Of a stretch of DNA of 64,000 nucleotides, positions 26,166 through 40,472 are shown piece after piece (positions within the stretch are counted from its first letter, which is position 1; every line of letters begins with the position of its first letter). This stretch comes from Octopus bimaculoides (taxonomy: Eukaryota). The DNA is taken from contig NC_068985.1 in assembly GCF_001194135.2 (NCBI RefSeq), positions 17,233,461 to 17,297,460 of the forward strand, given 5' to 3'. The notes under the pieces were generated by a model. The model did no database searches. It worked only from the letters and a program-made list of their open reading frames with translations, and was not told the DNA's origin. The translations under genes were made by a program, and so were the position numbers.

Positions 26166-26685
26166 TTTATTTGTATTAATCATCAGATTGCAGCCATGCT
26201 GGGGCACTGCCTTTTAGTCAAATGAATCGACCCCAGTACTTATTTTTTTGTGTGTGTTTTTTTTAAGCCTGGTATTTACTAAATCAGTCTCTTTTCCTAG
26301 ACTGCTATGTTATGGGGATGTAAACACACTGACATTGGTTGTCAAGCAGTGATTGGGGGATGAATGCAATACAAATACAAAGACACACATACATAGATAC
26401 ACACACACACACACACACATATATATGTATGTATGTATATATCTATGTGTGTGTGTGTGTGTGTGTGTCTTTGTGTTGCATTTGTCACACCCCTCACTGC
26501 TTGACAACTGGTGCTTCTGGGTTTACATCCACATAACTCAGTGGTTTGGCAAAAAGAGACCAACAGAATAAGTACTAGGCTTAAAAAATAAGTCCTGGGG
26601 GCAATTTGTTTGACTAAAACCCTTCAAAGCAATGTTCCAGCATGGCCGCAGTCAAATGATTGAAACAAGTAAAAGAGTAAAAAGC
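26166..26685. mobile_element. Two S3 3' halves in inverted orientation around an (AC)n/(GT)n core
   Basis: 26166-26400 (minus) and 26460-26685 (plus). Confidence 0.75.
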
Positions 26686-26711
26686 GATACACACACACAC
26701 ACACACAGCAG

Positions 26712-26943
26712 TTTCTTCTTTCTTTATTGCCCACAAGGGGCTAAACAGAGAAGGGACAAACAAGAACAAAGGGATTAAGTCGATTACATCGACCCCAGTG
26801 TGTAACTGGTACTTAATTTATCGACCCCGAAAGGATGAAAGGCAAAGTCGACCTCGGTGGAATTTGAACTCAGAACGTAACGGCAGACAAAATACCACTA
26901 AGCACTTTGCCCAGCGTGCTAACGTTTCTGCCAGCTCGCCGCC
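26712..26943 (-). mobile_element. SINE S4, ~120 nt downstream of the RING exon donor
   Basis: Reverse-complement homology. Confidence 0.85.
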
Positions 26944-27059
26944 ACACAGCAGTTTCTGGTGATCAAATCCACATGGTTGGGAATGGGAAGGAAATTTCTT
27001 ACCTCACAGCCACACCTGCGCCTATTTATATAGTAATTAAAAAACAAAGTTTTTCTCAC

Positions 27060-27335
27060 CTCTTGGAATGGCTTTACTTTCGTTGTCATGATGAATTCAA
27101 ATTTACATAGTTCACATGATTTAGTATCTGCACTTTTAATCCATTTTTGTAGACAAGCTTGGTGCACCCATCGCAAACTGCCAGAACATATGCATGGCGC
27201 TACAAGAGGAGCTTCTGTTTCTCCTTCACAGTGACAAATGCGACATATATCCATATTACTTGAGTATTTTGAAACATGGGAATCACAATGTTCTGGAGGG
27301 AAGATAGGTGTTGAACTGACATGTTGTACTGATTC
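27060..27335 (-). CDS. MARCHF8: MARCH1/8-like E3 ubiquitin ligase, RING-CH exon (92 codons, phase 0/0)
   Basis: Translation ESVQ...[65 protein letters not shown] is a C4HC3 RING-CH closely matching MARCH1/8. Acceptor tttgcag and donor gtgaga on the minus strand. Confidence 0.95.
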
Positions 27336-27944
27336 CTGCAAAGTAAATGTCAATAATAAAGAATGATATTTCACACTGAATGATGTTATTTCTGTGTTTT
27401 TGTTAATTAACAGAATAATTAAACAGAAATCATAAACTAGCAACTATACAAATGTGACATTTGATATTCAATGACTATCATTTATTGTCACTGAGTGGGT
27501 TTCACAATGGCTATAGCTATGAGAAAAGTTCATAAAGGGAGTGACTGAAGAAAGATTGTGCATGACAATACAGCTGTTTGAATGACATTGCTTTAAAAAC
27601 ACTAGAACAATCACTAGGTCTGCTAGAAATAGCAGTTAAATCGCCTTCAAATTATGCTTATCTTGAAAAAGAAGATATTTTCGAATGTGGTCCTAGATAA
27701 ATCAAAAAAAAAAACTGTATGGTCATAGCTGGGACTCCTTTCATCAGAGATCTGCCTGGTCAAGGCTGACCTGGAGCTAAGCAACAACATAAATGTAAAC
27801 CTGATTAACTCATTTTGATTATCTACCTAGCTATATACTACTAAAACTTTGTGATTGCTTGCTTGCATGCATGCTTTTCTGTAATTTAATACAGCCAAAC
27901 CAGCGCATAACAGGAAAATACTCTGAAAGTAAGGTACCCTTGAA

Positions 27945-28140
27945 ATGTGCGGGTGACACGTAAAAGCACCCACTACACTCTCTGAGTGGTTGGCGTTAGG
28001 AAGGGCATCCAGCTGTAGAAACTCTGCCAAATCAGATTGGAGCTTGGTGTTGCCATCCGGTTTCACCAGTCCTCAGTCAAATCGTCCAACCCATGCTAGC
28101 ATGGAAGGCGGACGTTAAACAATGATGATGATGATGATGA
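27945..28140 (+). mobile_element. S2 copy
   Basis: Homology and (GAT)n tail. Confidence 0.8.
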
Positions 28141-29225
28141 AATGGAATAAAACAAGTTTCGTGTAAATCGGAACAGGGGAACATATAATACTGTGAAAAT
28201 TGTTTCCATTAATTTTTATGTTTACATTATATAGCAATTCCTTTTGCATTTTTGTTTAAATGTGTCCATATGCCATAAATAAATGCAGTTAGTGGAGTTC
28301 AAGTTTATCCCAGAAGTTCTATTTCTAGTAGATGCTGTAAATAATCAATAAAACCTTAAACATGAACTTGTAAGCCAGACCTATGATGACACAAACAAAT
28401 ACAAATATTTAACTGAATCATCATAAAATTAACTTTCATTTCAATGCAATGTTGCAATCAGCTTCAATGTTTTATAACCTTAACCGTCAGTGACCCAACG
28501 GGTCACGGGTAGTCTGGTACCTTTATAATAATGTTCACTGGTTGAGTTTCCTCTAGTCTTCACATTAACATTGCAGGATAAGATAATTCATTAAACTAGC
28601 CCAACCCATGTCAGCATGGAGCATGGACATTAAATGATGATGAAGATAATAATGATGATGATGATGATGATGATGATATTAGCCCCATTTTCAGAAACAA
28701 ATTTTTTTTAATATTTACATACACGCTGTATTTGATTGGCTTCAATTCCAGTAGTTATCAAATGTTGCCAGCAGAGATAATAGAATATTTTCTGGTTTAT
28801 TTTTATTCTAGCTACAATGTTTTCCGAACACCTATCCACTACTGCTAATTAGGGTATCTAGATTAGGGTATCTAATCTAGATACCTTAATGAGATACCTT
28901 CAAAGCTGCCTGGGCATTTGAGGGAGTTTATTTTTCGTATGCTCTTCATATAATTGTCCCTACACACCTGTTGCACACGAAGTCTACCTTCTTTGTTGGC
29001 CTATGTGTGATCACTCTACACCTCTTGTGTCCTCATAATTTACACCACCTGGAATATCTACCTATACCTTTGCTATATGTGTTAAATGCAGCCATTTCAC
29101 TGCTAGTGGTAGGGTTCAGTCTTCTCTCTTACTTCTGAATACTTTGGTCACTGCTAAGTTTTCTCTGAGGCTTCTCAATTCCAGGTTTTGCTTTCATGTC
29201 TGGAAATTTTCTCTAAATCATTGAT

Positions 29226-29595
29226 GGTGGCATGGCTGTGTGGTTAAGAAGCTTACTTTGCAACCACATGGTTTTGGGTTCAGTCCCAGTGTGTGGCACC
29301 TTGGACAATTATCTTCTACTCTAGCCCTGAACCAACCAATGCCGTGTGAGTGAATTTAGTAAAAGGAAACTGAAATAAGCCCATCGTAGACGTGTGTGTG
29401 TCCCCTTTTCACTGCTTGGCAATCAGAGTTGGTTTGTTTACATCCCTGTAAATTAGCAGTTTTGGCAAAAGAAACAAATAAATTAGTAGCAAACTTTGAA
29501 AATATGTAATGGGGTTAATTTGTTTGACTAAACACATCAAAGTGGTGCCCCAGTATGGCTGCAATACAATGACTGAAACAAGTAAAAGATAAAAG
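29226..29595 (+). mobile_element. SINE S3
   Basis: Homology to 40741-41278. Confidence 0.75.
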
Positions 29596-30694
29596 ATCTG
29601 ATGAAAATTCAGCCATAAGAACTCAATCACCAGTACATAGGAATTCCCACGGGCAGCCTGTCATCCCTATTAAAATATGAGAGAGAGAGAGCAGTTATAT
29701 GTATATAGATAAGTAGGTAGGTAGGGTGACCAATTCATGGCATTGGTCATACATATTAAGATAGAGGCAGTTCATTTTACTGCCTTTTTGTGTTTACTGT
29801 TGTTGAACTTGAAAAATTTCATCTCGGAAGTTCTGTAAGAAATAAAACTACTTTTCCAACATATTTTAAGAGTTATTTCTTCCTGTAATTAACACTTTCA
29901 ATTTGAAATACAATATCTCTATTTAATTTCAGTTTAAACACCTAGCTCAATGAGAAACAGGTGGAGAGACAGGCACACACATAAAGTTACAGGCAGATAG
30001 GCAGAGAAATAGACATATATAGAGAAAAACAGACAGACATTTAGCCAGCCAGAGCCAGCCAGCTTGACAGACAGACGGACAGATACTTTATTCAAGTGCA
30101 ATAAATGGAACAAAGTATGTAATTAAATATACAGATATAATTAAATACTAGTTGTTGACAATACAAAAATAAACACATAAAAAGATAAATGGCTGCACTC
30201 AAAAAATTAAGGCACTGAAAGTTGAACAAAAAGATAAAGTTCTTAGCAGAAGCAGGCTTCCAGGAAATTCCTGTTTAAAGAAAATATGAAACAAGTGGAG
30301 CTACATTCAGGGTGCATCCTCTTCGATTCCATTCTTAATCAGAAGAATATTTGCTCTAATATTAAATCAAGACATGAATGTGGTCAGTATATTGATATAT
30401 TTTTCACTACTATAACCATCAGGATCTGAAAGATGGTGGAATATGTTATTATGCTTAGATGTTATACATGTAAAAAGTAGCCATGCAGGTGCCACATACA
30501 GAGCACCCATGCTGGCACCATGCAAAAGGCACTTGTGCCAGCACCATGTGAAAAGCACCCAGTACGTTCTGTAACATGGTTGGCATTAGGAAGGGCACCC
30601 AGCCAAAACAGATGACAGGGGTCTGGTGCAGCCCATCGGCTTACCAGCTCTTGACAAACAATTCAGTGCATGCCAGCATGGAAAACAGACATTA

Positions 30695-30792
30695 AATGAT
30701 GGTGATGATGATGACGGTGGTGGTGGTGGTAGAAGAGGTGGTGGTGATGGTGGTGATGGTGGTGGAGGAGGAGGAGGAGGAGAAGAAGAAGA
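30695..30792. repeat. Compound trinucleotide tract (GAT/GGT/GGA/GAA)n
   Basis: Read directly. Explains the poly-Gly/poly-Pro ORFs. Confidence 0.9.
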
Positions 30793-31117
30793 TGCTCTTA
30801 ATCTGCCGATAGGGACATTAACTGTTGACATTTATAAAAGTATTGAGCAGACTCCCACATCTCAACCCCAGTTCATCACTCACTACAATCACCTGCAAAC
30901 ACCATTTGTAAGCATTTGTAACCCACCCCTCACACTCCTATAATCCCTAACCCTCCTTTCCCCTCCTGATCCAGTGTCCATATCCTCTCTTGCCCCATTG
31001 AGGGTTTGCTTTGGCACCCCATCACTACCATTTTACCATCTTCCTAGCTACTCTAGTCTACCCTTATATAATGCAGAATAGCCATGTATCTTCTTGTGCT
31101 TGTCCCGTTATCATAAA

Positions 31118-31412
31118 AAAAACTGGCACTTCATCAGTTGCGATGACAAGGGTTGCAGTTGATCTGATCACCAGAACAGCCTGCTTGTAGAATTAACACA
31201 CAAACAGCTGAGTATTCCACAGACATGCATATCCTTAACATAGTTCTCAGGGAGATTCAGTGTGAGATAGAATGTGACAAGGCTGACCCTTTGAAATACA
31301 GGTACTGCTCATTTTTGCCAGTGGACTGGAGCAACCTGAAATAAAGTGCTTTGCTGAAGGACACAACATGCTGACATTATGATTGTGAGCTGAGTACCTT
31401 AACCACTTAGCC
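31118..31412 (-). mobile_element. SINE S5
   Basis: Homology to 18560-18880. Confidence 0.7.
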
Positions 31413-31570
31413 ACACATCTTCATTCTATCATACTTTAACCTCAACCAACACCTGACAAAGCCACTTCTAACCCTTCTCAAAAACTAGCCCAAGTTAGTC
31501 AAGGAGGTGTTTTCCTTTTCTTGTTCTTTTCCTGTCTTGTGAATTACTTGATTAACTAACTTGCTAATCA

Positions 31571-31958
31571 TTGTTATTGGCACTCCGTCGCTTACGACGT
31601 CAAGGGTTCCAGTTGATCAGGTCAATGGAACAGCCTGCTCGTGAAATTAACGTGCAAGTGGCTGAGCACTCCACAGACACGTGTACCCTTAACGTAGTTC
31701 TCGGGGATATTCAGCGTGACACAGTGTGTGACAAGGCTGACCCTTTGAATTACAGGCACAACAGAAACAGGAAGTAAGAGTGAGAGAAAGTTGTGGTGGA
31801 AGAGTACAGCAGGGTTCGCCACCATCCCCTGCCGGAGCCTCATGGAACTTTATGTGTTTTCGCTCAATAAACACTCACAACGCCCTGTCTGGGAATCGAA
31901 ACCGCAATCCTATGACCGCAAGTCCGCTGCCCTAACCACTAGGCCATTGCGCCTCCAC
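31571..31958 (-). mobile_element. SINE S1, full length
   Basis: Reverse complement of 7101-7491. Confidence 0.9.
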
Positions 31959-32622
31959 ACCTAACTAGTACCAGTGGCACAAAAAAAAAAACACCCAGTA
32001 AAGTGGATGGCATTAAGAAAGGGCATCCAGCCTTAGAAAACATGCCAAAGCTGACAATGTATCTTGACGCAGCCCAGCAGCTCACCAGATCCTGTCAAAC
32101 CATCCAACTTATGCCAGCATGGGAAACAGATATTAAATGATGATGAAGAACAGGTGACTTTGGTTATTTCCAATATTTTCGACATCAGAAATAACTACTG
32201 AAGGATTCACTGTGCAATGAGGAAAAAATATTAGGGTTTTCCAAAGTTATTTTGGGATGAGAAGCAAAGAAGTGAGACAACTTTGAATGCTTGTGATTCA
32301 TTAGTCTTCATTACTTGCAGTATATCCTTTGTCATTTCTTGCTGGTACTGTAGTAAATGTAATTTGAAATACCACAACCAACAACCATAGATGACAAAAG
32401 ACCTGATTAGATCCTCTACAAATAGAAGTTCATCCAGCAGAATTTATTAAGGAAAGTCATTGACAACCAGGTGGTTTCGGGTCCAGCCCTATTGCACACC
32501 ACCTTGGGTCTTTTCTATAGTCTTGGGTTGACAAATTCCTTGTGAGTGAATTTGACAAGTGAAAACTGTGAGGAAACCTACTGTGTGTTTGTGTATCTAT
32601 ATATAAAAATGTGTCTATGTGT

Positions 32623-32625
<3 letters not shown>

Positions 32626-32697
<72 letters not shown>
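32626..32697. repeat. (TA)n microsatellite
   Basis: Read directly. Confidence 0.95.
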
Positions 32698-32700
<3 letters not shown>

Positions 32701-32921
32701 ATAATACAAATAATATGTGAGTATATGCATATATACGTACATGTATGTACATACCTACATCTACATGTATATATAGATGTATATCTGGGTACAGGACATC
32801 ACAAAAAAACGTGGACAAAAAGAAAAACAGAACATAAACAGAGCACAGAAAACACACAGGCCACATAGAGAACATTTCCTTCATCAGCTGCCCGTATTCT
32901 AAACTAAGCGTTTCGAAGAGA

Positions 32922-32952
<31 letters not shown>

Positions 32953-33130
32953 GTGTGTGTGCATTTATATATGTGTGTGTGTGTGTATACGTGTATGTGC
33001 ACATGTCTTTGTGGCTGTCTTTGTCCCCCACTATTGCTTGACAACCAGTACTGGTGCATTTACATCCCCATAACCTAGTGGTTCAGTGAAAGAGATTGAC
33101 AGAATAAGTGCCAGGCTTAAAAAGATAAGT

Positions 33131-33192
<62 letters not shown>

Positions 33193-33884
33193 NNNNNNNN
33201 NNNNNNNNNNNNNNNNNNNNNNNNNNNNNNNNNNNNNNNNNNNNNNNNNNNNNNNNNNNNNNNNNNNNNNNNNNNNNNNNNNNNNNNNNNNNNNNNNNNN
33301 NNNNNNNNNNNNNNNNNNNNNNNNNNNNNNNNNNNNNNNNNNNNNNNNNNNNNNNNNNNNNNNNNNNNNNNNNNNNNNNNNNNNNNNNNNNNNNNNNNNN
33401 NNNNNNNNNNNNNNNNNNNNNNNNNNNNNNNNNNNNNNNNNNNNNNNNNNNNNNNNNNNNNNNNNNNNNNNNNNNNNNNNNNNNNNNNNNNNNNNNNNNN
33501 NNNNNNNNNNNNNNNNNNNNNNNNNNNNNNNNNNNNNNNNNNNNNNNNNNNNNNNNNNNNNNNNNNNNNNNNNNNNNNNNNNNNNNNNNNNNNNNNNNNN
33601 NNNNNNNNNNNNNNNNNNNNNNNNNNNNNNNNNNNNNNNNNNNNNNNNNNNNNNNNNNNNNNNNNNNNNNNNNNNNNNNNNNNNNNNNNNNNNNNNNNNN
33701 NNNNNNNNNNNNNNNNNNNNNNNNNNNNNNNNNNNNNNNNNNNNNNNNNNNNNNNNNNNNNNNNNNNNNNNNNNNNNNNNNNNNNNNNNNNNNNNNNNNN
33801 NNNNNNNNNNNNNNNNNNNNNNNNNNNNNNNNNNNNNNNNNNNNNNNNNNNNNNNNNNNNNNNNNNNNNNNNNNNNNNNNNNNN
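33193..33884. other. Largest assembly gap (others at 890-987, 8350-8572, 9647-9929, 21961-22173, 25274-25528, 52716-52725)
   Basis: N runs, mostly abutting microsatellites. Confidence 1.
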
Positions 33885-34061
33885 AAACTATTTATGATAC
33901 TAATACCTTAAAGTTATATTCAGACCGATACTAATAGGCTGAAGTTTAAAAATTCTGCAATTGAGCACCTTCTTTTAATTTCAAATATGTGTGTGTGCCT
34001 GCATGCGCATGAGTGTGTGTGAGTGTGTCTGTGTGTGTGTGTGCGTGTGTGTGATCATCAT

Positions 34062-34231
34062 AGGCACAGGAGTGGCTGTGTGGTAAGAAGTTTGGTTCCA
34101 AACCACATGGCTCCGGGTTCAGTCCCACTGCATAGCACCTTGGGCAAGTACCTTCTACTATAGCTTCGGGTCAACTAAAGCTTTGTGAGTGGATTTGGAA
34201 GACAGCAACTGAAAGCCACGCCTGTGCACAC

Positions 34232-34262
<31 letters not shown>

Positions 34263-34482
34263 TGTGTATACGTGCATGTGCACATGTCTTTGTGTCTGTG
34301 TTTATCCCCCACCATTGCTTGACAACCAATGCTGGTGCGTTTACATCCCCATAACTTAGTGGTTCAGCAAATGATCGACAGAATAAGTGCCAGGCTTTAA
34401 AAAAGTACTGGGGGTAATTTGTTCAACTAAAATTTTTTCTAGGCAGTGCCCCAGCATGGCCACAGCTTAATGCCTGAAACAA
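34062..34482 (+). mobile_element. SINE S3
   Basis: Homology to 40741-41278 with a central (GT)n. Confidence 0.8.
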
Positions 34483-34532
34483 GTAAATATGTATGTCTGT
34501 ATGTATGTATGTATGTATGTACGTACATACGT

Positions 34533-34585
<53 letters not shown>

Positions 34586-37105
34586 CACACACACACAATA
34601 TGTTGTTGGGTTTTCTTTTATTGTTTGTCGATTTCTTTAAAGTGTTGTAAAAGGCATCCCAGAAATATGACATAATCACCATTCAGAGGATGGTAAACTA
34701 CTTCGGTAACAATGCTGCACTGCCACTTGTTAAGTTCAATTTCAATGAGCAGCTATTCATAAGATTGATCAATAAATAGCGAGAGATTTTTGCCTTATTC
34801 TATCTATACTTGTAATGCTTCATTACATAAAGCCCTGCACCCACCACCCTTTGTGTAGTCTAAATTCAGGTCAGCGGTAGCCATCAATATGGTATCCTGA
34901 ATATAATCACAATAATACTAATGACGGTGGTGGTGATGATGATGATGATGATGATTCTAAATAATTACTATTTTTAATAATCGCAATTAGAATAATACTG
35001 ATGACTATTGATAAATTATAATAATGATGGTTAAATAATATTAATATCAATGCGAACAAAGGTTCTTCTATGTGGTTGCGCAACCTGCTAGACATAGCAG
35101 CCAAATCTTCTTCATGTTACATTCTACATCTTAGATAAAAAAAGACACATTAAGACACAAAAGACACAATGTTATGGTGGATCTAATGTGTCTGAAAAGA
35201 TGAATATATAAAAGAGATGGGATGGTCTTAGCTGGAATGCCTTTTGATCATAAGTCTGTTTGATCAGAGCAGCCTTGGGGATAACCAAAAGATGTTACTG
35301 ATAGTGCTGTAGTGGATTACGATATGCATCATACATTATTTGATATTTCAGTCTATACAAAACATAATTTCAAGATTAAGATCTTCAGCAAAGATGCCAT
35401 CTCTTTAATATTTTATGTTTAGTAATAGAAGCTTTTATTGATGTTTGGGGATTTCTTTATCTCTCCTTTCAATGAATGGTGACTCACAGAATGCTTTCAG
35501 TATCAACAAGAAAAAACCACGTAAATGCAAGGGATATACGTAGAGAAAGAAGGATTAATGGAGATGAGATAAAGGAAGAAAGAAAGAGAAACAAGAAGAA
35601 GAAGAAAGAAGAAATTAAGAAGTAAAAGGAAAGGAGGAGGAGGAATCTTAAATAGAATAAAAACAAATCTTAAAATGGAGAGAAAATAGAAGTGAAGAAA
35701 AAAATTGGAGAAACAACCTCTTCGTGTTATGTAATCTGAAAGACTGACCAGAGAAGTGGGACAATAAGACAAAAATGGTTCAGAAGCTCTGAGCTAAAAG
35801 TAGAAACAGGAGGTAAGATTTAGTTGCATAAGAACAAAGCTTAACCACAAAAAGCTATTGAAGTAAGGTAGTTAAATTAGATTTATGTAAACTGCAAACT
35901 ATAAAATCTGCATAATAGAAAACAACTCTTTTATTTCAAGTTACCTAGTTCTCACAAAGTTGGGATATATTAAATCATGATCAAGTTGGTATCAACATCT
36001 ATTGAGTAATATACTGACACTCCCAATTCAAAACAAGAAATAACTGGTATAGGTGTGTACTAGATCTGGTTTGTTGGCATGGAGTTTATGTGCAATTTAG
36101 CCTCACTCTGTTTTTTTTCTATTATTACTACAACAGCTTCTGTACCTTGGAGGTTTTGTCTTCTCCCACCATCATGCTGGCACAGCCAGTTCACTTATAT
36201 CTCGTCATCTCATCAATCTCTTAATCCAACCCCATCCCTTCCCTCATTCTCAATACTAACCACCTCCATTTCTTTCTTCCCCAATATATTACCCAAAAGA
36301 ATTTCCTATTTCTATTCATGTTTTTCCTGCTGTTGTTGAGAGGATCATCAATCACATCAATCTCACATGTCTTGGAAGGCCTGTGAGACAGGTGAGACTG
36401 ATGCAGCCGTGGACAGTCATGGACCTGAAGTTGTCTATTACACTCCTACCACCATTACTCTGTTCAAGTTCTTTTCCAGCCATGTCACCACTAGTCAGCA
36501 AACAGCTTGGAATACTTCCAATCTGCTGCTGTTACAATAGACAACCACCAAGACTGTAGCAAACAAGCCTGGCATGTAACATTTAAGTTCATAAATTGAG
36601 CCATCTAGTCCAAATGATTCGCTCATTGCTCAGATACCCAAGATGTCTACTACTGAAATTGGTTTTTCATAGCATTGTCACTCTGCATCGTCAACCAAGA
36701 ATCACAACAGACCATTTATTTGGCCACTGAAATCCACCATTTTCTGTTGTTGCAACTTGAGAACAGTCTGGTAAAGTATTGTCATAAACCAATATACATC
36801 TACTTGGAACTAGAACTCTGTCAAAGATATGAGGGTTGGTTACCATGCTGCATCCCTACTACTTGTAGTTACTGAATGTGTTCATTCCCTTGTTTTCCAT
36901 AGTAGAAGCCCTGGGATGAATGATGCATTCTTTATGCTTCAGGTCAAAGAATTAACAAAGAGTCATTCTTGTCACAGGATGATCCCAAAACAATGCTTTT
37001 CTAACTCCTCTAATTTGCTGTCCCCTTTTGCTACATTTTTACTGAAAATGACAGATTCTGTCTGAAATACACCTTCTGTTATTAATAAGTGAATTGGTCA
37101 CCTTC

Positions 37106-37376
37106 CTGGCACTTGTGCCGGTGGCACGTGTAAAGACATTCGAGCGAGATCGTTGCCAGTGCCGCTGGACTGGCTCCTGTGCAGGTGGCATGTAAAAGCA
37201 CCCACTACACTCTCGGAGTGGTTGGCGTTAGGAAGGGCATCCAGCTGTAGAAACTCTGCCAAATCAGATTGGAGCCTGGTGTAGCCATCTGGTTCACCAG
37301 TCCTCAGTCAAATCGTCCAACCCATGCTAGCATGGAAAGTGGACGTTAAACGATGATGATGATGATGATGATGATC
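37106..37376 (+). mobile_element. S2 copy
   Basis: Homology and (GAT)n tail. Confidence 0.8.
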
Positions 37377-39617
37377 AATCCCTGCTTAACTAATTCATTA
37401 GTCTGATCCCTGAAATCTTTCCATGCTGAGAAAGAAAAGCTTCATTTCTAATACTTGAGAAACTAAATGTTTGAATTTGTTTCCCACAATTGCCAATAAA
37501 AACAAATGAATATAATTAGTTGATTTCTCAGCACATGTTTATTTCTAACTAGCTTTTTAATGCTTAATTACTCAAATACATTGAGACTAACTTACCTAGT
37601 GTAACAACAATTCACTCAGAAATATTCCCCCTGCCCCATCCTAAAACAACACTGAAAGTCACAAATATATATTTTTATTAAAACATATGAATATAAAAAC
37701 TATGTCACGCTATAGACAAACAGACATTTAGGCTGGTATGTTATTTATTTGATAAAAGCATATGGCAGTCAGTATTCAAATAATCACTTTCTCTCAATAT
37801 CCATTGTTTTCTAAACCTTTATTTCATGTTGAATTTGTAAATAATTTATTTTGAATTCTCATATCAAATGATGTATGCATAAAACCATCAATATTCTAAA
37901 TTATCTTTCATGTCCAAAATATGTCTTGTTGTGAAGATATATAATAGGTGGCACTGGATGAAATAAAATGCTGAAGAGAAGAAGCACTGCATTTATGAGT
38001 GAGGAAGAATACGTTAACTATAACATAATCTCCACTGCCTCTTATAAGATGACTGGGCCAATCTATCAGGCTACCATTTATACATTAGACAGAATAAAGG
38101 GTTAATCTCTCTTCAAGTATATAAATACTTTTCTGTTTTAAAGATTGAAATATCTTTTATAGAATTTTAAGTAACACTGTTATTCTTTATGTATTTCATA
38201 AAAATTATGGTCTCTAGTGCCACGTAAAAAGCACCCATGCTGGTGTCATGTAAAAAGCTCCAAAGCTAGTGCCATATATAAAGCACTGGTGTTGGTGCCA
38301 CATAAAAAGAAAACCCAGCACACATCCAGTTGTAGAAACCATGCCAAAATAGACAATTGGAGCCTGATGCAGCTCTCCAGATTACTAACTCCTGTTTAAC
38401 TGCGCAACTCATGCCAGCATAGAAAACAGATATTAAATGATGATGATTTAGTGTAAAAACATCAATAGACTTTGTAATGGGTTAATGATTATAAACTGAC
38501 AAGGGATATCATCTCCATAGTAATGAAACGTAAAATAATGTTATTCTTTTTTACAACATTTATGGATTTATAAAGAGTTACATAAACTTAACTGACAGAT
38601 TGTTGTGGCAATTTAATATGGATTGGTTTATGATATCTTAAGTTGTTAAATTAATAGTAAAGGAGAATGAATGATATATTCTCAATGAATGATATTCTCA
38701 ATGACAGTCGCAAATTAAAACAAATTTAAGATGAAAATTTCTTAAACATTCTTGCTGATCATATTACATTTTGTGTAATAATGTTAACATATCTTTTCTT
38801 CTACAGAACCCGCCAAACAAGAAAAGAGATCATTTCTACAACCAAAACAAAGATATTTCATCTAAGATTTTAGTCACTAAGAAATGAGGCTTACCTAGAA
38901 CAAGCCAGTAAAACAATCACTCTAGTACTTAGATAAAGACACCTGATCTGGTTCAGTTTAATATACTGCATAGTTAAAAAACACTTCCTGGTTTTACTAA
39001 GCTTTTACTAGTATATCCTCTTTTGCAAACACTCACATCAAGCCACCTATTTGATGCTAACACCATCTCTTGACATACTGCCTACAACTGCAGCGTCCAT
39101 TGAAAGTATTTCTGATTAGACTAGGGGACAAATTTCAATTTTTTGTCTATTGAATTAGATTTGACAGTTAGTCCTAGGTAATTTGAGTTTGCTGAGTATA
39201 AGTCTTTATTTGATTTTCCTCTATCAGGTCCTGGTTTTGGGTGATAAATTTTTGATGAAATTCATAAAAGCAAGTCTCTCATAGCTTTTGTTAAAGCTTT
39301 TTCAAATGCCAACAAAAAGGTGCCCGACACATTCTGCCCTGAGCATTCCTACCCATATACACATGTACATCTACATTTGACTGACTTTGAATAGAAATAA
39401 AGAAGGTGAATTTAATTGAATAGATGTCAGAGAAGAATGGTTCAACTGAATTTAACTTAATTCCATTATGAGAGCTATTTTTATTTATGTCAAAAATTAC
39501 CTTTTGATGCAATTATTTTTTTCCATACAGGTGTGGCAAGAGCCTACTAACCATGAGACTGATTCCTACTTTTTCTGTCTAGACTTCAGGCTTCACAAAG
39601 AAAAATAAACATTGTAT

Positions 39618-39937
39618 TCATCATCATCATCATCATCGTTTAACGTCCGCTTTCCATGCTAGCATGGGTTGGACGATTTGACTGAGGACAGGTGAAACCG
39701 GATGGCAACACCAGGCTCCAGTCTGATTTGGCAGAGTTTCTACAGCTGGATGCCCTTCCTAACGCCAACCACTCAGAGAGTGTAGTGGGTGCTTTTACGT
39801 GTCACCCGCACGAAAATGGCCACGCTCGAAATGGTGTCTTTTATGTGCCACCCGCACAAGCCAGTCCAGGGGCACTGGCAACGATCTCGCTCAAAAATCC
39901 TACAGGAGCCAGTCAGGCGGTACTGGCAACGGCCATG
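39618..39937 (-). mobile_element. S2 copy
   Basis: Reverse-complement homology. Confidence 0.8.
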
Positions 39938-40472
39938 TGATACGACCCGTGCTACATTCCAATGAAATCCCTGTTCCAATATTTAAGGGTCTACCACCTC
40001 AAGAACCAGTTGAAGATGTTCCAGAAAATATTGTTGTGCACTCTGAGGGGTCTGACATTGATCTTGACCCTAGTTTATTTGGAAGTCAAATGATTTGCAA
40101 AAGTTTTACCAGGCCAAGTTGAATGATCTTGTAAGGGATCTAAATTTGCCAAAAAAGGCAGTGGAAATTGTAGCTTCAAAACTTAGATAGAAAAACTTGC
40201 TTACTTCAAGAACATACATTACATTTTACAAAAAAAGAGAACAACTTCTTAAATATTTAAGAACAGAGGACGGTTTAGTATATTGCTGCATCATACCTGG
40301 TTTGTTACTGGAGATGGGGATTGAGTCTTATGATGCAAATGATTGGCGCTTGTTTTTATACAGTTCAAAAAGAAGTGAGTGTTGTTGCATAATGGCAATC
40401 TATACAGCTCAAAGCTGATTGGGCACTCAAGAAAATTAAAAGAAAAGTATGAACCTTTAGCCGAACAATTAT

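Noticed and set aside
30586-30943. Gly- and Pro-rich ORFs
   Set aside because: Translation of a trinucleotide microsatellite.
32867-32921. Type-II-ordered hammerhead halves on the minus strand (CUUC-GAAAC...CAG-CUGAUGA-AGG)
   Set aside because: No stem I can be formed. It may be a PLE-related relic but cannot be supported as a ribozyme.
33086-33934. Long ORFs in the ORF track containing X runs
   Set aside because: Artefacts of N gaps and dinucleotide repeats.
39692-39940. Repeated ORF MKPDG..LQSDLAEFLQLDALPNANHSESVVGAFTC (also at 19970-20227 and 27827-28066)
   Set aside because: It is the antisense reading of the S2 repeat, not a gene family.
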